Assembly: GCF_016026235.1 (NCBI RefSeq)
Contig: NZ_CP065613.1
Length of the DNA: 64,000 bases
From: Escherichia coli
GTDB lineage: Bacteria > Pseudomonadota > Gammaproteobacteria > Enterobacterales > Enterobacteriaceae
Strand: one strand, 5' to 3'
Notes under the pieces: generated by a model
Databases searched by the model: none
What the model saw: the letters and a program-made list of their open reading frames with translations, nothing else
Told to the model about the DNA's origin: nothing
Program-made: the position numbers and the translations under genes
Shown here: positions 47,093-56,545 of the stretch, one piece after another
How positions within the stretch are numbered: the stretch's first letter is position 1
Layout: each line of letters opens with the position of its first letter

Positions 47093-49255
47093 ATGGACGT
47101 TTCTTACCTGCTCGACAGCCTTAATGACAAACAGCGCGAAGCGGTGGCCGCGCCACGCAGCAACCTTCTGGTGCTGGCGGGCGCGGGCAGTGGTAAGACG
47201 CGCGTACTGGTGCATCGTATCGCCTGGCTGATGAGCGTGGAAAACTGCTCGCCATACTCGATTATGGCTGTGACGTTTACCAACAAAGCGGCGGCGGAGA
47301 TGCGTCATCGTATCGGGCAACTGATGGGCACCAGCCAGGGCGGCATGTGGGTCGGCACCTTCCACGGGCTGGCGCACCGTTTGCTGCGTGCGCACCATAT
47401 GGACGCCAATCTACCGCAGGATTTCCAGATCCTCGACAGTGAAGACCAGCTACGCCTGCTTAAGCGTCTGATCAAAGCCATGAACCTCGACGAGAAGCAG
47501 TGGCCGCCGCGCCAGGCAATGTGGTACATCAACAGCCAGAAAGATGAAGGCCTGCGTCCGCATCATATTCAAAGCTACGGTAATCCGGTGGAGCAGACCT
47601 GGCAGAAGGTGTATCAGGCGTATCAGGAAGCGTGTGACCGCGCGGGCCTGGTGGACTTCGCCGAGCTGCTGCTGCGCGCTCACGAACTGTGGCTTAACAA
47701 GCCGCATATCCTACAACACTACCGCGAACGTTTTACCAATATCCTGGTGGACGAATTCCAGGATACCAACAACATTCAGTACGCGTGGATCCGCCTGCTG
47801 GCGGGCGACACCGGCAAAGTGATGATCGTCGGTGATGACGACCAGTCAATCTACGGCTGGCGTGGGGCGCAGGTGGAGAATATTCAGCGTTTCCTTAATG
47901 ATTTCCCCGGTGCCGAAACTATTCGTCTGGAGCAAAACTACCGCTCTACCAGCAATATTCTGAGCGCCGCTAACGCCCTGATTGAAAACAACAACGGGCG
48001 TCTGGGTAAAAAACTGTGGACCGATGGCGCGGACGGTGAGCCTATTTCCCTCTATTGCGCTTTTAACGAACTCGATGAAGCGCGTTTTGTGGTTAACCGC
48101 ATCAAAACCTGGCAGGACAACGGCGGGGCGCTTGCCGAGTGCGCCATTCTCTACCGCAGTAACGCCCAGTCGCGTGTGCTGGAAGAAGCACTGTTGCAGG
48201 CGAGTATGCCGTACCGTATTTACGGCGGGATGCGCTTCTTCGAACGCCAGGAAATCAAAGATGCGCTCTCGTATCTGCGCCTGATTGCCAACCGTAACGA
48301 CGACGCGGCCTTTGAGCGTGTGGTGAATACGCCAACGCGGGGTATTGGTGACCGGACGCTGGACGTGGTACGTCAGACATCGCGCGATCGCCAGTTAACA
48401 CTCTGGCAGGCATGTCGTGAACTGTTGCAGGAAAAAGCCCTCGCCGGACGTGCTGCCAGCGCCTTACAGCGGTTTATGGAACTGATCGACGCCTTAGCGC
48501 AGGAAACTGCCGATATGCCGCTGCATGTACAGACTGACCGGGTAATTAAAGACTCCGGCCTGCGTACCATGTACGAGCAGGAGAAGGGCGAAAAAGGTCA
48601 GACGCGTATCGAAAACTTAGAGGAACTGGTGACGGCAACGCGCCAGTTCAGCTACAACGAAGAAGACGAAGATTTAATGCCGCTGCAGGCGTTCCTATCC
48701 CATGCGGCGCTGGAAGCAGGCGAAGGGCAGGCGGATACCTGGCAGGATGCGGTACAACTGATGACCATGCACTCGGCGAAAGGTCTGGAGTTCCCGCAGG
48801 TGTTTATCGTCGGTATGGAAGAGGGCATGTTCCCAAGCCAGATGTCGCTGGATGAAGGCGGGCGTCTGGAAGAAGAACGCCGTCTGGCCTACGTTGGCGT
48901 AACCCGCGCGATGCAGAAACTGACGCTGACCTACGCGGAAACTCGCCGTCTGTATGGCAAAGAGGTTTACCATCGCCCGTCGCGCTTTATTGGCGAGCTG
49001 CCGGAAGAGTGTGTGGAAGAGGTGCGCCTGCGCGCCACGGTAAGCCGCCCGGTCAGCCATCAGCGGATGGGTACGCCGATGGTCGAGAACGACAGCGGCT
49101 ACAAGCTCGGCCAGCGTGTACGCCACGCTAAGTTTGGTGAAGGCACCATCGTCAATATGGAAGTCAGCGGTGAACATAGCCGTTTGCAGGTGGCATTCCA
49201 GGGCCAGGGAATCAAATGGCTGGTGGCAGCTTACGCCCGGCTGGAGTCGGTGTAA
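47093..49255 (+). CDS. uvrD: DNA helicase II (UvrD)
   Basis: ATG at 47093 inside track ORF 46904..49255; [38 protein letters not shown], 720 aa. Confidence 0.95.
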   Translation: MDVSYLLDSLNDKQREAVAAPRSNLLVLAGAGSGKTRVLVHRIAWLMSVENCSPYSIMAVTFTNKAAAEMRHRIGQLMGTSQGGMWVGTFHGLAHRLLRAHHMDANLPQDFQILDSEDQLRLLKRLIKAMNLDEKQWPPRQAMWYINSQKDEGLRPHHIQSYGNPVEQTWQKVYQAYQEACDRAGLVDFAELLLRAHELWLNKPHILQHYRERFTNILVDEFQDTNNIQYAWIRLLAGDTGKVMIVGDDDQSIYGWRGAQVENIQRFLNDFPGAETIRLEQNYRSTSNILSAANALIENNNGRLGKKLWTDGADGEPISLYCAFNELDEARFVVNRIKTWQDNGGALAECAILYRSNAQSRVLEEALLQASMPYRIYGGMRFFERQEIKDALSYLRLIANRNDDAAFERVVNTPTRGIGDRTLDVVRQTSRDRQLTLWQACRELLQEKALAGRAASALQRFMELIDALAQETADMPLHVQTDRVIKDSGLRTMYEQEKGEKGQTRIENLEELVTATRQFSYNEEDEDLMPLQAFLSHAALEAGEGQADTWQDAVQLMTMHSAKGLEFPQVFIVGMEEGMFPSQMSLDEGGRLEEERRLAYVGVTRAMQKLTLTYAETRRLYGKEVYHRPSRFIGELPEECVEEVRLRATVSRPVSHQRMGTPMVENDSGYKLGQRVRHAKFGEGTIVNMEVSGEHSRLQVAFQGQGIKWLVAAYARLESV

Positions 49256-49257
49256 CG

Positions 49258-49372
49258 TTGCCGGATGCGGTGCTGCGCACCTTATTTGGCCTAAAAAATC
49301 ATTCATATTCAATAAATTGCAACGTCATGTATGCCGGATAGGGCGTTTACGCCGCATCCGGCATCTGCGCCA
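49258..49372. repeat. BIME-like element (two opposed REP units around a linker) after uvrD
   Basis: GCCGGATGCGGTGCTGCGCACCTTATTTGGC ... ATTCAATAAATTGCA ... TGCCGGATAGGGCGTTTACGCCGCATCCGGCA. Confidence 0.7.
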
Positions 49373-49401
49373 TCTTCAGTATCTGACACAAAACTATCGT
49401 T

Positions 49402-49833
49402 TTAACCTTTCCGCTCGACGGAAATCATGGTGACAAAAGGATAGCGTTGCCACGGGATTGCCCCGCCTTTCATATACATATGTGAAATCGTACCATCAAG
49501 ATAAAGCAGCTGCTCAACGTTCAGTTTCGCTTTGGCATAACAGGCAAAATCATAAAAATTTGTCGCCTGCTGGCTCAACAAAAACACGGCATTCCCATGT
49601 TTATTAATCCCAACACCGTTACGAATTTTACGTGAGGCGACGTTGGGATGAATACGCGGATTAATTACACCGTTTTCCATCAACATTGGCCCTGACTGCA
49701 CCGCAAACTGAATATCTTTACTGGCTTTAAAAGCATCTAGACGAACGATGCCGACTTTATCTCCCGCGACATAAAACACGCCGCCAGGACGGATAAAGAA
49801 ATTCCCTTCACCTGAAGCGAGATTTAACGCCAC
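49402..49833 (-). pseudogene. yigE: yigE C-terminal fragment (DUF2233), separated from its 5' part by IS4
   Basis: Track ORF continues the reading frame of 51266..51604 across the IS4 target duplication (...QQKV | ALNLASGEG...). Confidence 0.8.
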
Positions 49834-49842
49834 CTTCTGCTG

Positions 49843-51268
49843 TAATGCCGATCAGTTAAGGATCAGTTGACCGATCCAGTGGCTGTGTAAGAATCCGGAA
49901 ACGCTCACTTGTTTCCGGATTTTTTTATGCACATTGGACAGGCTCTTGATCTGGTATCCCGTTACGATTCTCTGCGTAACCCACTGACTTCTCTGGGGGA
50001 TTACCTCGACCCCGAACTCATCTCTCGTTGCCTTGCCGAATCAGGTACTGTAACGCTACGCAAGCGCCGTCTTCCCCTCGAAATGATGGTCTGGTGTATT
50101 GTTGGCATGGCGCTTGAGCGTAAAGAACCTCTTCACCAGATTGTGAATCGCCTGGACATCATGCTGCCGGGCAATCGCCCCTTCGTTGCCCCCAGTGCCG
50201 TTATTCAGGCCCGCCAGCGCCTGGGAAGTGAGGCTGTCCGCCGCGTGTTCACGAAAACAGCGCAGCTCTGGCATAACGCCACGCCGCATCCGCACTGGTG
50301 CGGCCTGACCCTGCTGGCCATCGATGGTGTGTTCTGGCGCACACCGGATACACCAGAGAACGATGCAGCCTTCCCCCGCCAGACACATGCCGGGAACCCG
50401 GCGCTCTACCCGCAGGTCAAAATGGTCTGCCAGATGGAACTGACCAGCCATCTGCTGACGGCTGCAGCCTTCGGCACGATGAAGAACAGCGAAAATGAGC
50501 TTGCTGAGCAACTTATAGAACAAACCGGCGATAACACTCTGACGTTAATGGATAAAGGTTATTACTCACTGGGACTGTTAAATGCCTGGAGCCTGGCGGG
50601 AGAACACCGCCACTGGATGATACCTCTCAGAAAGGGAGCGCAATATGAAGAGCTCAGAAAACTGGGTAAAGGCGATCATCTGGTGAAGCTGAAAACCAGC
50701 CCGCAGGCACGAAAAAAGTGGCCGGGACTGGGAAATGAAGTGACAGCCCGCCTGCTGACCGTGACGCGCAAAGGAAAAGTCTGCCATCTGCTGACGTCGA
50801 TGACGGACGCCATGCGCTTCCCCGGAGGAGAAATGGCGGATCTGTACAGTCATCGCTGGGAAATCGAACTGGGATACAGGGAGATAAAACAGACGATGCA
50901 ACTGAGCAGGCTGACGCTGAGAAGTAAAAAGCCGGAGCTTGTGGAGCAAGAGCTGTGGGGTGTCTTACTGGCTTATAATCTGGTGAGATATCAGATGATT
51001 AAAATGGCGGAACATCTGAAAGGTTACTGGCCGAATCAACTGAGTTTCTCAGAATCATGCGGAATGGTGATGAGAATGCTGATGACATTGCAGGGCGCTT
51101 CACCGGGACGTATACCGGAGCTGATGCGCGATCTTGCAAGTATGGGACAACTTGTGAAATTACCGACGAGAAGGGGAAGGGCCTTCCCGAGAGTGGTAAA
51201 GGAGAGGCCCTGGAAATACCCCACAGCCCCGAAAAAGAGCCAGTCAGTTGCTTAACTGACTGGCATTA
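49843..51268 (+). mobile_element. IS4 insertion sequence (1426 bp)
   Basis: Terminal inverted repeats TAATGCCGATCAGTTAAG / CTTAACTGACTGGCATTA; perfect 12-bp direct repeat CACCTTCTGCTG at 49831-49842 and 51269-51280. Confidence 0.93.
49927..51255 (+). CDS. insG: IS4 transposase
   Basis: [34 protein letters not shown]... (442 aa, DDE type) inside track ORF 49909..51255. Confidence 0.93.
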   Translation: MHIGQALDLVSRYDSLRNPLTSLGDYLDPELISRCLAESGTVTLRKRRLPLEMMVWCIVGMALERKEPLHQIVNRLDIMLPGNRPFVAPSAVIQARQRLGSEAVRRVFTKTAQLWHNATPHPHWCGLTLLAIDGVFWRTPDTPENDAAFPRQTHAGNPALYPQVKMVCQMELTSHLLTAAAFGTMKNSENELAEQLIEQTGDNTLTLMDKGYYSLGLLNAWSLAGEHRHWMIPLRKGAQYEELRKLGKGDHLVKLKTSPQARKKWPGLGNEVTARLLTVTRKGKVCHLLTSMTDAMRFPGGEMADLYSHRWEIELGYREIKQTMQLSRLTLRSKKPELVEQELWGVLLAYNLVRYQMIKMAEHLKGYWPNQLSFSESCGMVMRMLMTLQGASPGRIPELMRDLASMGQLVKLPTRRGRAFPRVVKERPWKYPTAPKKSQSVA

Positions 51269-51604
51269 CACCTTCTGCTGACCGTTTTCGATGTACAAAC
51301 CGAGCGGCGCATAGCTTTCATCATAGATGCCGCCGTTCATCGCCATCTGCACCTGACCCTGACTATTCATATCCGCCAGCAGAGCATGTAACGTTCCCCA
51401 CGCTTCGCCATTAGCTTTTTGCCAGTACATTTTCACCCGCTCTGTTTGAGGATTAACGGTATACGCCTGTACGGTCAGCGTCGGATCTGAGAGTGCGCAA
51501 TCATCAGCGGCAACAGCAAACAAGGGAAGTAAGGTGAGGGTGAGAAAAATCTGTTTGAGATTCAAGGTGATCATTCCTTTACCAATGAGTAGCCGATGCG
51601 CCAT
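51266..51604 (-). pseudogene. yigE: yigE N-terminal fragment (signal peptide + first ~110 codons)
   Basis: Track ORF MAHRLLIGKGMITLNLKQIFLTLTLLPLFAVAADDCALS...; stops two codons into the IS4 end. Confidence 0.8.
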
Positions 51605-51973
51605 TATAGGTCCTGGATGTTGGATTTTTTTATCCTGTTAGCGACCTTGACGAGTACCAAAAAGCGCGAAGTTCAACTATTGTTCTGTGGTGTTCTGTTG
51701 CGTGTTGACGGCAAAATTTTGCTGGCGTAACATGCGCGCACGATCACTCTAAGAGGACATTCGCCTTGGACACACCCAGTAGATACTGGCTCACTATCCT
51801 GTCATCCAGGATCAACTCCTAAGGCTATCCCTTTTTGCTGATAGCCTTAGCGGTTGTCAGCGACCTCAATTTTTCCCGTCGCGCTGAGTCAGGCTGTTTA
51901 ATGGTCTGAAACCCAATTTGTTTCTGTGTGCCCACCGAACTGTCCGATATTTTAAGCATTGGGAGTCCCGGTC

Positions 51974-52924
51974 ATGCTGAGCGCATTTCAACTGGAAAAT
52001 AACCGACTGACCCGGCTGGAAGTCGAAGAGTCACAACCCCTTGTAAATGCAGTATGGATTGATCTTGTCGAACCGGACGACGACGAGCGACTGCGCGTAC
52101 AATCTGAACTTGGCCAGAGCCTGGCAACCCGCCCGGAACTGGAAGACATCGAAGCATCGGCACGTTTCTTTGAAGACGACGACGGCCTGCATATTCACTC
52201 CTTCTTCTTCTTTGAAGATGCGGAAGATCACGCCGGTAACTCCACTGTGGCATTTACCATCCGTGATGGTCGTCTGTTTACTCTGCGTGAGCGTGAACTG
52301 CCCGCTTTTCGTCTGTATCGTATGCGTGCCCGTAGCCAGTCGATGGTAGACGGTAACGCCTACGAGCTGCTGCTGGATCTGTTCGAAACCAAAATCGAAC
52401 AGTTGGCAGATGAAATTGAAAATATCTATAGCGACCTGGAGCAGTTGAGCCGGGTGATTATGGAAGGGCATCAGGGCGATGAGTACGACGAGGCGCTCTC
52501 CACTCTGGCGGAACTGGAAGATATCGGCTGGAAAGTTCGCCTGTGTCTGATGGATACCCAGCGCGCGCTCAACTTCCTGGTGCGTAAAGCGCGTTTACCG
52601 GGTGGGCAACTGGAGCAGGCGCGTGAAATCCTGCGAGATATCGAATCCCTGCTGCCGCATAACGAATCCCTGTTCCAGAAGGTGAACTTCCTGATGCAGG
52701 CGGCGATGGGTTTTATCAACATCGAGCAGAACCGCATCATCAAAATCTTCTCGGTGGTATCCGTGGTATTCCTGCCGCCGACGCTCGTTGCTTCCAGCTA
52801 TGGGATGAACTTTGAGTTTATGCCAGAACTGAAGTGGAGTTTCGGCTACCCAGGCGCGATTATCTTTATGATCCTCGCGGGCCTGGCACCGTATCTGTAC
52901 TTTAAGCGCAAGAACTGGCTGTAA
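51974..52924 (+). CDS. corA: Mg2+/Co2+ transporter CorA
   Basis: ATG at 51974 inside track ORF 51959..52924; [20 protein letters not shown]...; GMN motif and C-terminal TM pair; 316 aa. Confidence 0.95.
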   Translation: MLSAFQLENNRLTRLEVEESQPLVNAVWIDLVEPDDDERLRVQSELGQSLATRPELEDIEASARFFEDDDGLHIHSFFFFEDAEDHAGNSTVAFTIRDGRLFTLRERELPAFRLYRMRARSQSMVDGNAYELLLDLFETKIEQLADEIENIYSDLEQLSRVIMEGHQGDEYDEALSTLAELEDIGWKVRLCLMDTQRALNFLVRKARLPGGQLEQAREILRDIESLLPHNESLFQKVNFLMQAAMGFINIEQNRIIKIFSVVSVVFLPPTLVASSYGMNFEFMPELKWSFGYPGAIIFMILAGLAPYLYFKRKNWL

Positions 52925-52931
52925 TATGAGT

Positions 52932-52968
52932 GCCGGATAAAGCTATTTTTTTATCCGGCTTATTTCTA
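52932..52968. terminator. bidirectional hairpin terminator (corA / downstream cassette)
   Basis: GCCGGATAAAGCTATTTTTTTATCCGGC followed by T-rich tract; sits between corA stop and the stop of the 159-aa minus-strand ORF. Confidence 0.7.
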
Positions 52969-52977
52969 AAAATTGTC

Positions 52978-53457
52978 TTATTTAAAGTCATGCGGATTGA
53001 AAACTCGCTCTATTTTATTTTCTTGTGTTAATTGATACTCAGTAAAATCGTTAATACCAATATGAGTGTTACGATAAGGGTATTCATTAATAACCATTAA
53101 GTAATTTTTCACGATGCAATTATCATTGCTCTTAATTGTCGGGAAACAGTAGAGATCTTCATACGGCCCTTCGATATATTTTTTATAGTCAGTGAAGCCA
53201 TTACCGATATCAATGACATACCAGGTATGCCAACTACCTTCTGGTAGGGGATGTTGATTTTTAATTTCATTCTGATGCTTCAGATACCAATTTATTTTAT
53301 CGCTGTCAGTCCATGGCAGATGATCAACGACCAGAAAGACTGAATTGCCAGCATCAGAGTATGTATACAAAATCTGTACAGGACGCAATGTCCATAAATT
53401 ATAGATGCAGCATAGAAGAAATAAACATAATATAATTTTCTGGAGTTTGCTTTTCAT
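52978..53457 (-). CDS. hypothetical signal-anchored/exported protein (159 aa), second gene of corA-adjacent cassette
   Basis: Track ORF; N-terminal hydrophobic segment MKSKLQKIILCLFLLCCIYNLW; start overlaps upstream ORF stop (ATGA at 53454-53457); AT-rich codon usage. Confidence 0.7.
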   Translation of the reverse strand: MKSKLQKIILCLFLLCCIYNLWTLRPVQILYTYSDAGNSVFLVVDHLPWTDSDKINWYLKHQNEIKNQHPLPEGSWHTWYVIDIGNGFTDYKKYIEGPYEDLYCFPTIKSNDNCIVKNYLMVINEYPYRNTHIGINDFTEYQLTQENKIERVFNPHDFK

Positions 53458-54308
53458 AGATAATTTTCGATTCTTTCGATAGTGTTAAAATTGGTGAAAA
53501 AAGGTTTGAAAGCAAAGTCTTTATGCCGTTGTAAAAAGAACCATATGCGAAAAAATCTATATTTGCTGTAAGTCTTGTTTTTGATATCAGTTACATCAAG
53601 ACCGAAGTGGTCCTGTGCTACAAAATGAATTGTTGCACTCCATCCTATAGCGTATTTTTGAAAACTTAAAAGAGATATTTTTTGAGCTGAAATATCATGA
53701 ACACTGATTCCTAAGCCATTAAAACTGTCCTCGAAGTCATTAAATTTATTTAGTCTTGATGAAAGTAATTTGGTTTTAATGCTTTGCAGGATAAGAGGTT
53801 GGTATCCTGTCGAGGGAGTTGAATTAATGCCATTTTCGATACATTCTTTGATTATTCGTATTGGACTATTATAACCATATTTATTTATTTTTTCATGAAA
53901 AGATAAATTTAATTGTTGGCTATGAAAATTGCTGCCATTTCCATATCTAAAATGTTCAATCAGATCTTCGATAAGTGTTTTATATTGTCCAAAAAAGGAA
54001 AGCATTTTTGCTAGTTCTTTCATTTCTGCAAATAAAATATCAGTGCATTCACGTTGTGATATTTTTGTTCCGGAACTTGAGGCACTAAAAGCAACATTAA
54101 TAGAACCTGGGCCAGGGAAATGGTATTTAATAAGTCTGTAAGGATCAACTTTTGCTGAGATATCGCTTAGGCCGAGTGAGAGAAAGTCTTGTTCTACCAT
54201 ATCACCATATTGCATATCATCAGCAGAAAAATCATCGAATAAACTAATAGTTTCGAAAAGTGTACAGGGAATATTAATTGGCGGAAGTAATATGTTATTC
54301 ATTTGCAT
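53454..54308 (-). CDS. hypothetical protein (284 aa), first gene of corA-adjacent cassette
   Basis: Track ORF MQMNNILLPPINIPCTLFETISLFDDFSADDMQYGDMVEQDF...; no TM segment or catalytic motif I can assign by eye; AT-rich. Confidence 0.7.
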   Translation of the reverse strand: MQMNNILLPPINIPCTLFETISLFDDFSADDMQYGDMVEQDFLSLGLSDISAKVDPYRLIKYHFPGPGSINVAFSASSSGTKISQRECTDILFAEMKELAKMLSFFGQYKTLIEDLIEHFRYGNGSNFHSQQLNLSFHEKINKYGYNSPIRIIKECIENGINSTPSTGYQPLILQSIKTKLLSSRLNKFNDFEDSFNGLGISVHDISAQKISLLSFQKYAIGWSATIHFVAQDHFGLDVTDIKNKTYSKYRFFRIWFFLQRHKDFAFKPFFTNFNTIERIENYL

Positions 54309-54498
54309 TTGCCTTGGTTATATTTAAGCTCAATATCAATTCGAGAACAAATGCTAGGGTAAAAAAATATTTAAAAAAGAAGTACACTTCACATTTTTTC
54401 ATTACATCTCTGAAGAGAACCTCGTTAATGATTGGTCTTGCTCATTGTTAATAACAAAATGTTGAATTTACCGATTAGGAAACTTTTTCCTACGCGGA

Positions 54499-54635
54499 TT
54501 GCCTCCAGTTCTGGCATGAACTTTGAGTTTATGCCAGAACTGAAGTGGGGCTTCGGCTACCCTGGCGCGATTATCTTTATGATCCTCGCGGGCCTGACAC
54601 CGTATCTGTACTTTAAGCGTAAGAACTGGCTGTAA
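54499..54635 (+). pseudogene. diverged duplicate of the corA 3' end (last ~45 codons + stop)
   Basis: ~137 bp alignable by eye to 52788-52924 with roughly ten mismatches; encodes ...[40 protein letters not shown]; track ORF 54432..54635 extends it to an upstream ATG. Confidence 0.85.
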
Positions 54636-54659
54636 CTATACGATGTCGCTGTGAGTAAG

Positions 54660-55046
54660 TTAGTGTGCTGACAGCGACATTTTAGCCGAGGGAATCGCAG
54701 ATAACATAATTGTTGTGAATAATATCCATGCCACGTTGAGTTGGACGCTTAATGACTCACATCTCACCCCTTCAATTGCTGCAGAGATAATAGAAAAAAG
54801 TGTCAAACCCAATGAAATCAATACAAAGTAGATTGCCTTACATCCAGTATCTCTTATTCTTTTTGCTCCAATATTGATATTTACATAGGTATTATTAATA
54901 ACCAGAATAAAACTCAAAGCCAGGTTGATATCATTCAAAGTTATTAATATTGACCATGATGTTAATGTATAGATTATGAACTGAAAGCGTGATAAACGCT
55001 CAAGCCTGGATGGGTAGAATATATTTCTGATGGATGATTTGAACAT
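54660..55046 (-). CDS. hypothetical small inner-membrane protein (128 aa); yigF position by synteny
   Basis: Track ORF with at least three hydrophobic segments; AT-rich; lies between corA region and rarD where K-12 carries yigF/yigG. Identity not verified. Confidence 0.6.
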   Translation of the reverse strand: MFKSSIRNIFYPSRLERLSRFQFIIYTLTSWSILITLNDINLALSFILVINNTYVNINIGAKRIRDTGCKAIYFVLISLGLTLFSIISAAIEGVRCESLSVQLNVAWILFTTIMLSAIPSAKMSLSAH

Positions 55047-55245
55047 TTTTACATTGTTTTATATATATAATTGTTTTGAATATATATTACCTGAATTATG
55101 TGGTTTGCATATATATATGCAATATAGCAGTCTTTGCATTGATAACTATACAGTAGTAATTTAGAGTGTGTAAGTTTTTATTGATGGGGTATATTTTAAT
55201 TAAATATAATTGAAATGTATTTTTATTCTATAAACAATATCTTGG

Positions 55246-55560
55246 GTGAATGGATTCTATATGGGAAATGGTAACTTTTGGCAGTTGTTCTTGGGTAAAG
55301 AACCTTACAGCAAAAAATCTTATTTTGTTAAGGCATGGTTATTGTGGTGGGCTATTACCATCCTTGTTCTATTTATTTTAAGCCTGACTACGACATTAAA
55401 TTTAAGAAGTATAGGTATAGGGTTAAGTTTTGGGTTTTGTCAAATTCTTGGTAGATATACGATGTCTCTAGGATGGAGTAAGTACTGGGGAGTTTTGGGG
55501 GTATTTCCTGTAACAAATATTGTTCTTTTTCTTATCTTAATTTTTTTCAAAAAAAGATAA
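55246..55560 (+). CDS. hypothetical small membrane protein (104 aa)
   Basis: Track ORF with two clear hydrophobic helices (AWLLWWAITILVLFILSL; GVLGVFPVTNIVLFLILIFF); AT-rich; followed by hairpin GGGTAGGC...GCCTACCC. Confidence 0.5.
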   Translation: MNGFYMGNGNFWQLFLGKEPYSKKSYFVKAWLLWWAITILVLFILSLTTTLNLRSIGIGLSFGFCQILGRYTMSLGWSKYWGVLGVFPVTNIVLFLILIFFKKR

Positions 55561-55606
55561 ATAAGTCAGTGGGTAGGCTCTTTAAACGGCCTACCCATGT
55601 TAATTC

Positions 55607-56494
55607 TTAACTTTTTCTACGCTGCGTATAAATCGCATCCATCACAAAAATTGCCAGCGCCACCCAAATAAAGGCGAAAGTCACCATCTTATCGGCACCC
55701 GGTTTTTCACCATAAAACGTCACAGCCAGCAGGAACATCAGCGTCGGGCCAATGTACTGGAAAAAGCCTAACGTTGAGAGACGCAAGCGCGTGGCAGCGG
55801 CGGTAAAACACAACAGCGGTACGGTAGTGACAATACCGGCGGCGATCAGCAGTAAATTCAGCGACATCGGGTTTTGCCCCATATGGCTGGTTGAGCTGTC
55901 GGCAATAGCAAACAGGTAAATTGCCGCCACGGGCAGCAGCCACATGGTTTCGATTAACATGCCGGTTTGCGCTTCAACGGCAATCTTCTTGCGTACCAGA
56001 CCGTAGAAGGCAAAACTAAATGCTAGCCCCAGCGCGATAATAGGTAGCGAACCAAAAGTCCACAGCTGGACCAACACGCCACATATCGCCAGAATCACCG
56101 CCAGCCATTGCATCCGGCGGAATCGCTCGCCGAGGAAAATCATCCCCAGCACAATGTTCACCAGCGGGTTAATAAAGTAACCAAGGCTCGCTTCCAGCAT
56201 ATGGTGATTGTTCACCGCCCAGATAAACAGTAGCCAGTTGCCACCAATCAGCACGGCAGAGACTGCCAGCATAAAAATTTTCTGTGGCGTCTGAATCAGC
56301 GTTTTTAAATAGGACCACTGGCGGCAAATGCTCATCAGCACCACCATAAAGAAAAACGACCAGATCACGCGATGCGTCAGGATTTCATCGGCGGGCACGT
56401 AGTAAATCAACTTGAAGTACGCTGGCGCTATACCCCAAATAAAATAAGCGGCAAGAGCGAGTAATACGCCCTGCCGCGTTTGTTTTGCATCCAT
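55607..56494 (-). CDS. rarD: DMT-family transporter RarD
   Basis: 295-aa ORF MDAKQTRQGVLLALAAYFIWGIAPAYFKL... Confidence 0.92.
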   Translation of the reverse strand: MDAKQTRQGVLLALAAYFIWGIAPAYFKLIYYVPADEILTHRVIWSFFFMVVLMSICRQWSYLKTLIQTPQKIFMLAVSAVLIGGNWLLFIWAVNNHHMLEASLGYFINPLVNIVLGMIFLGERFRRMQWLAVILAICGVLVQLWTFGSLPIIALGLAFSFAFYGLVRKKIAVEAQTGMLIETMWLLPVAAIYLFAIADSSTSHMGQNPMSLNLLLIAAGIVTTVPLLCFTAAATRLRLSTLGFFQYIGPTLMFLLAVTFYGEKPGADKMVTFAFIWVALAIFVMDAIYTQRRKS

Positions 56495-56545
56495 CGGGAA
56501 TACTCATTTTTAATTGGTAACAGCAGTTTACCTGCTTTTACGTTA

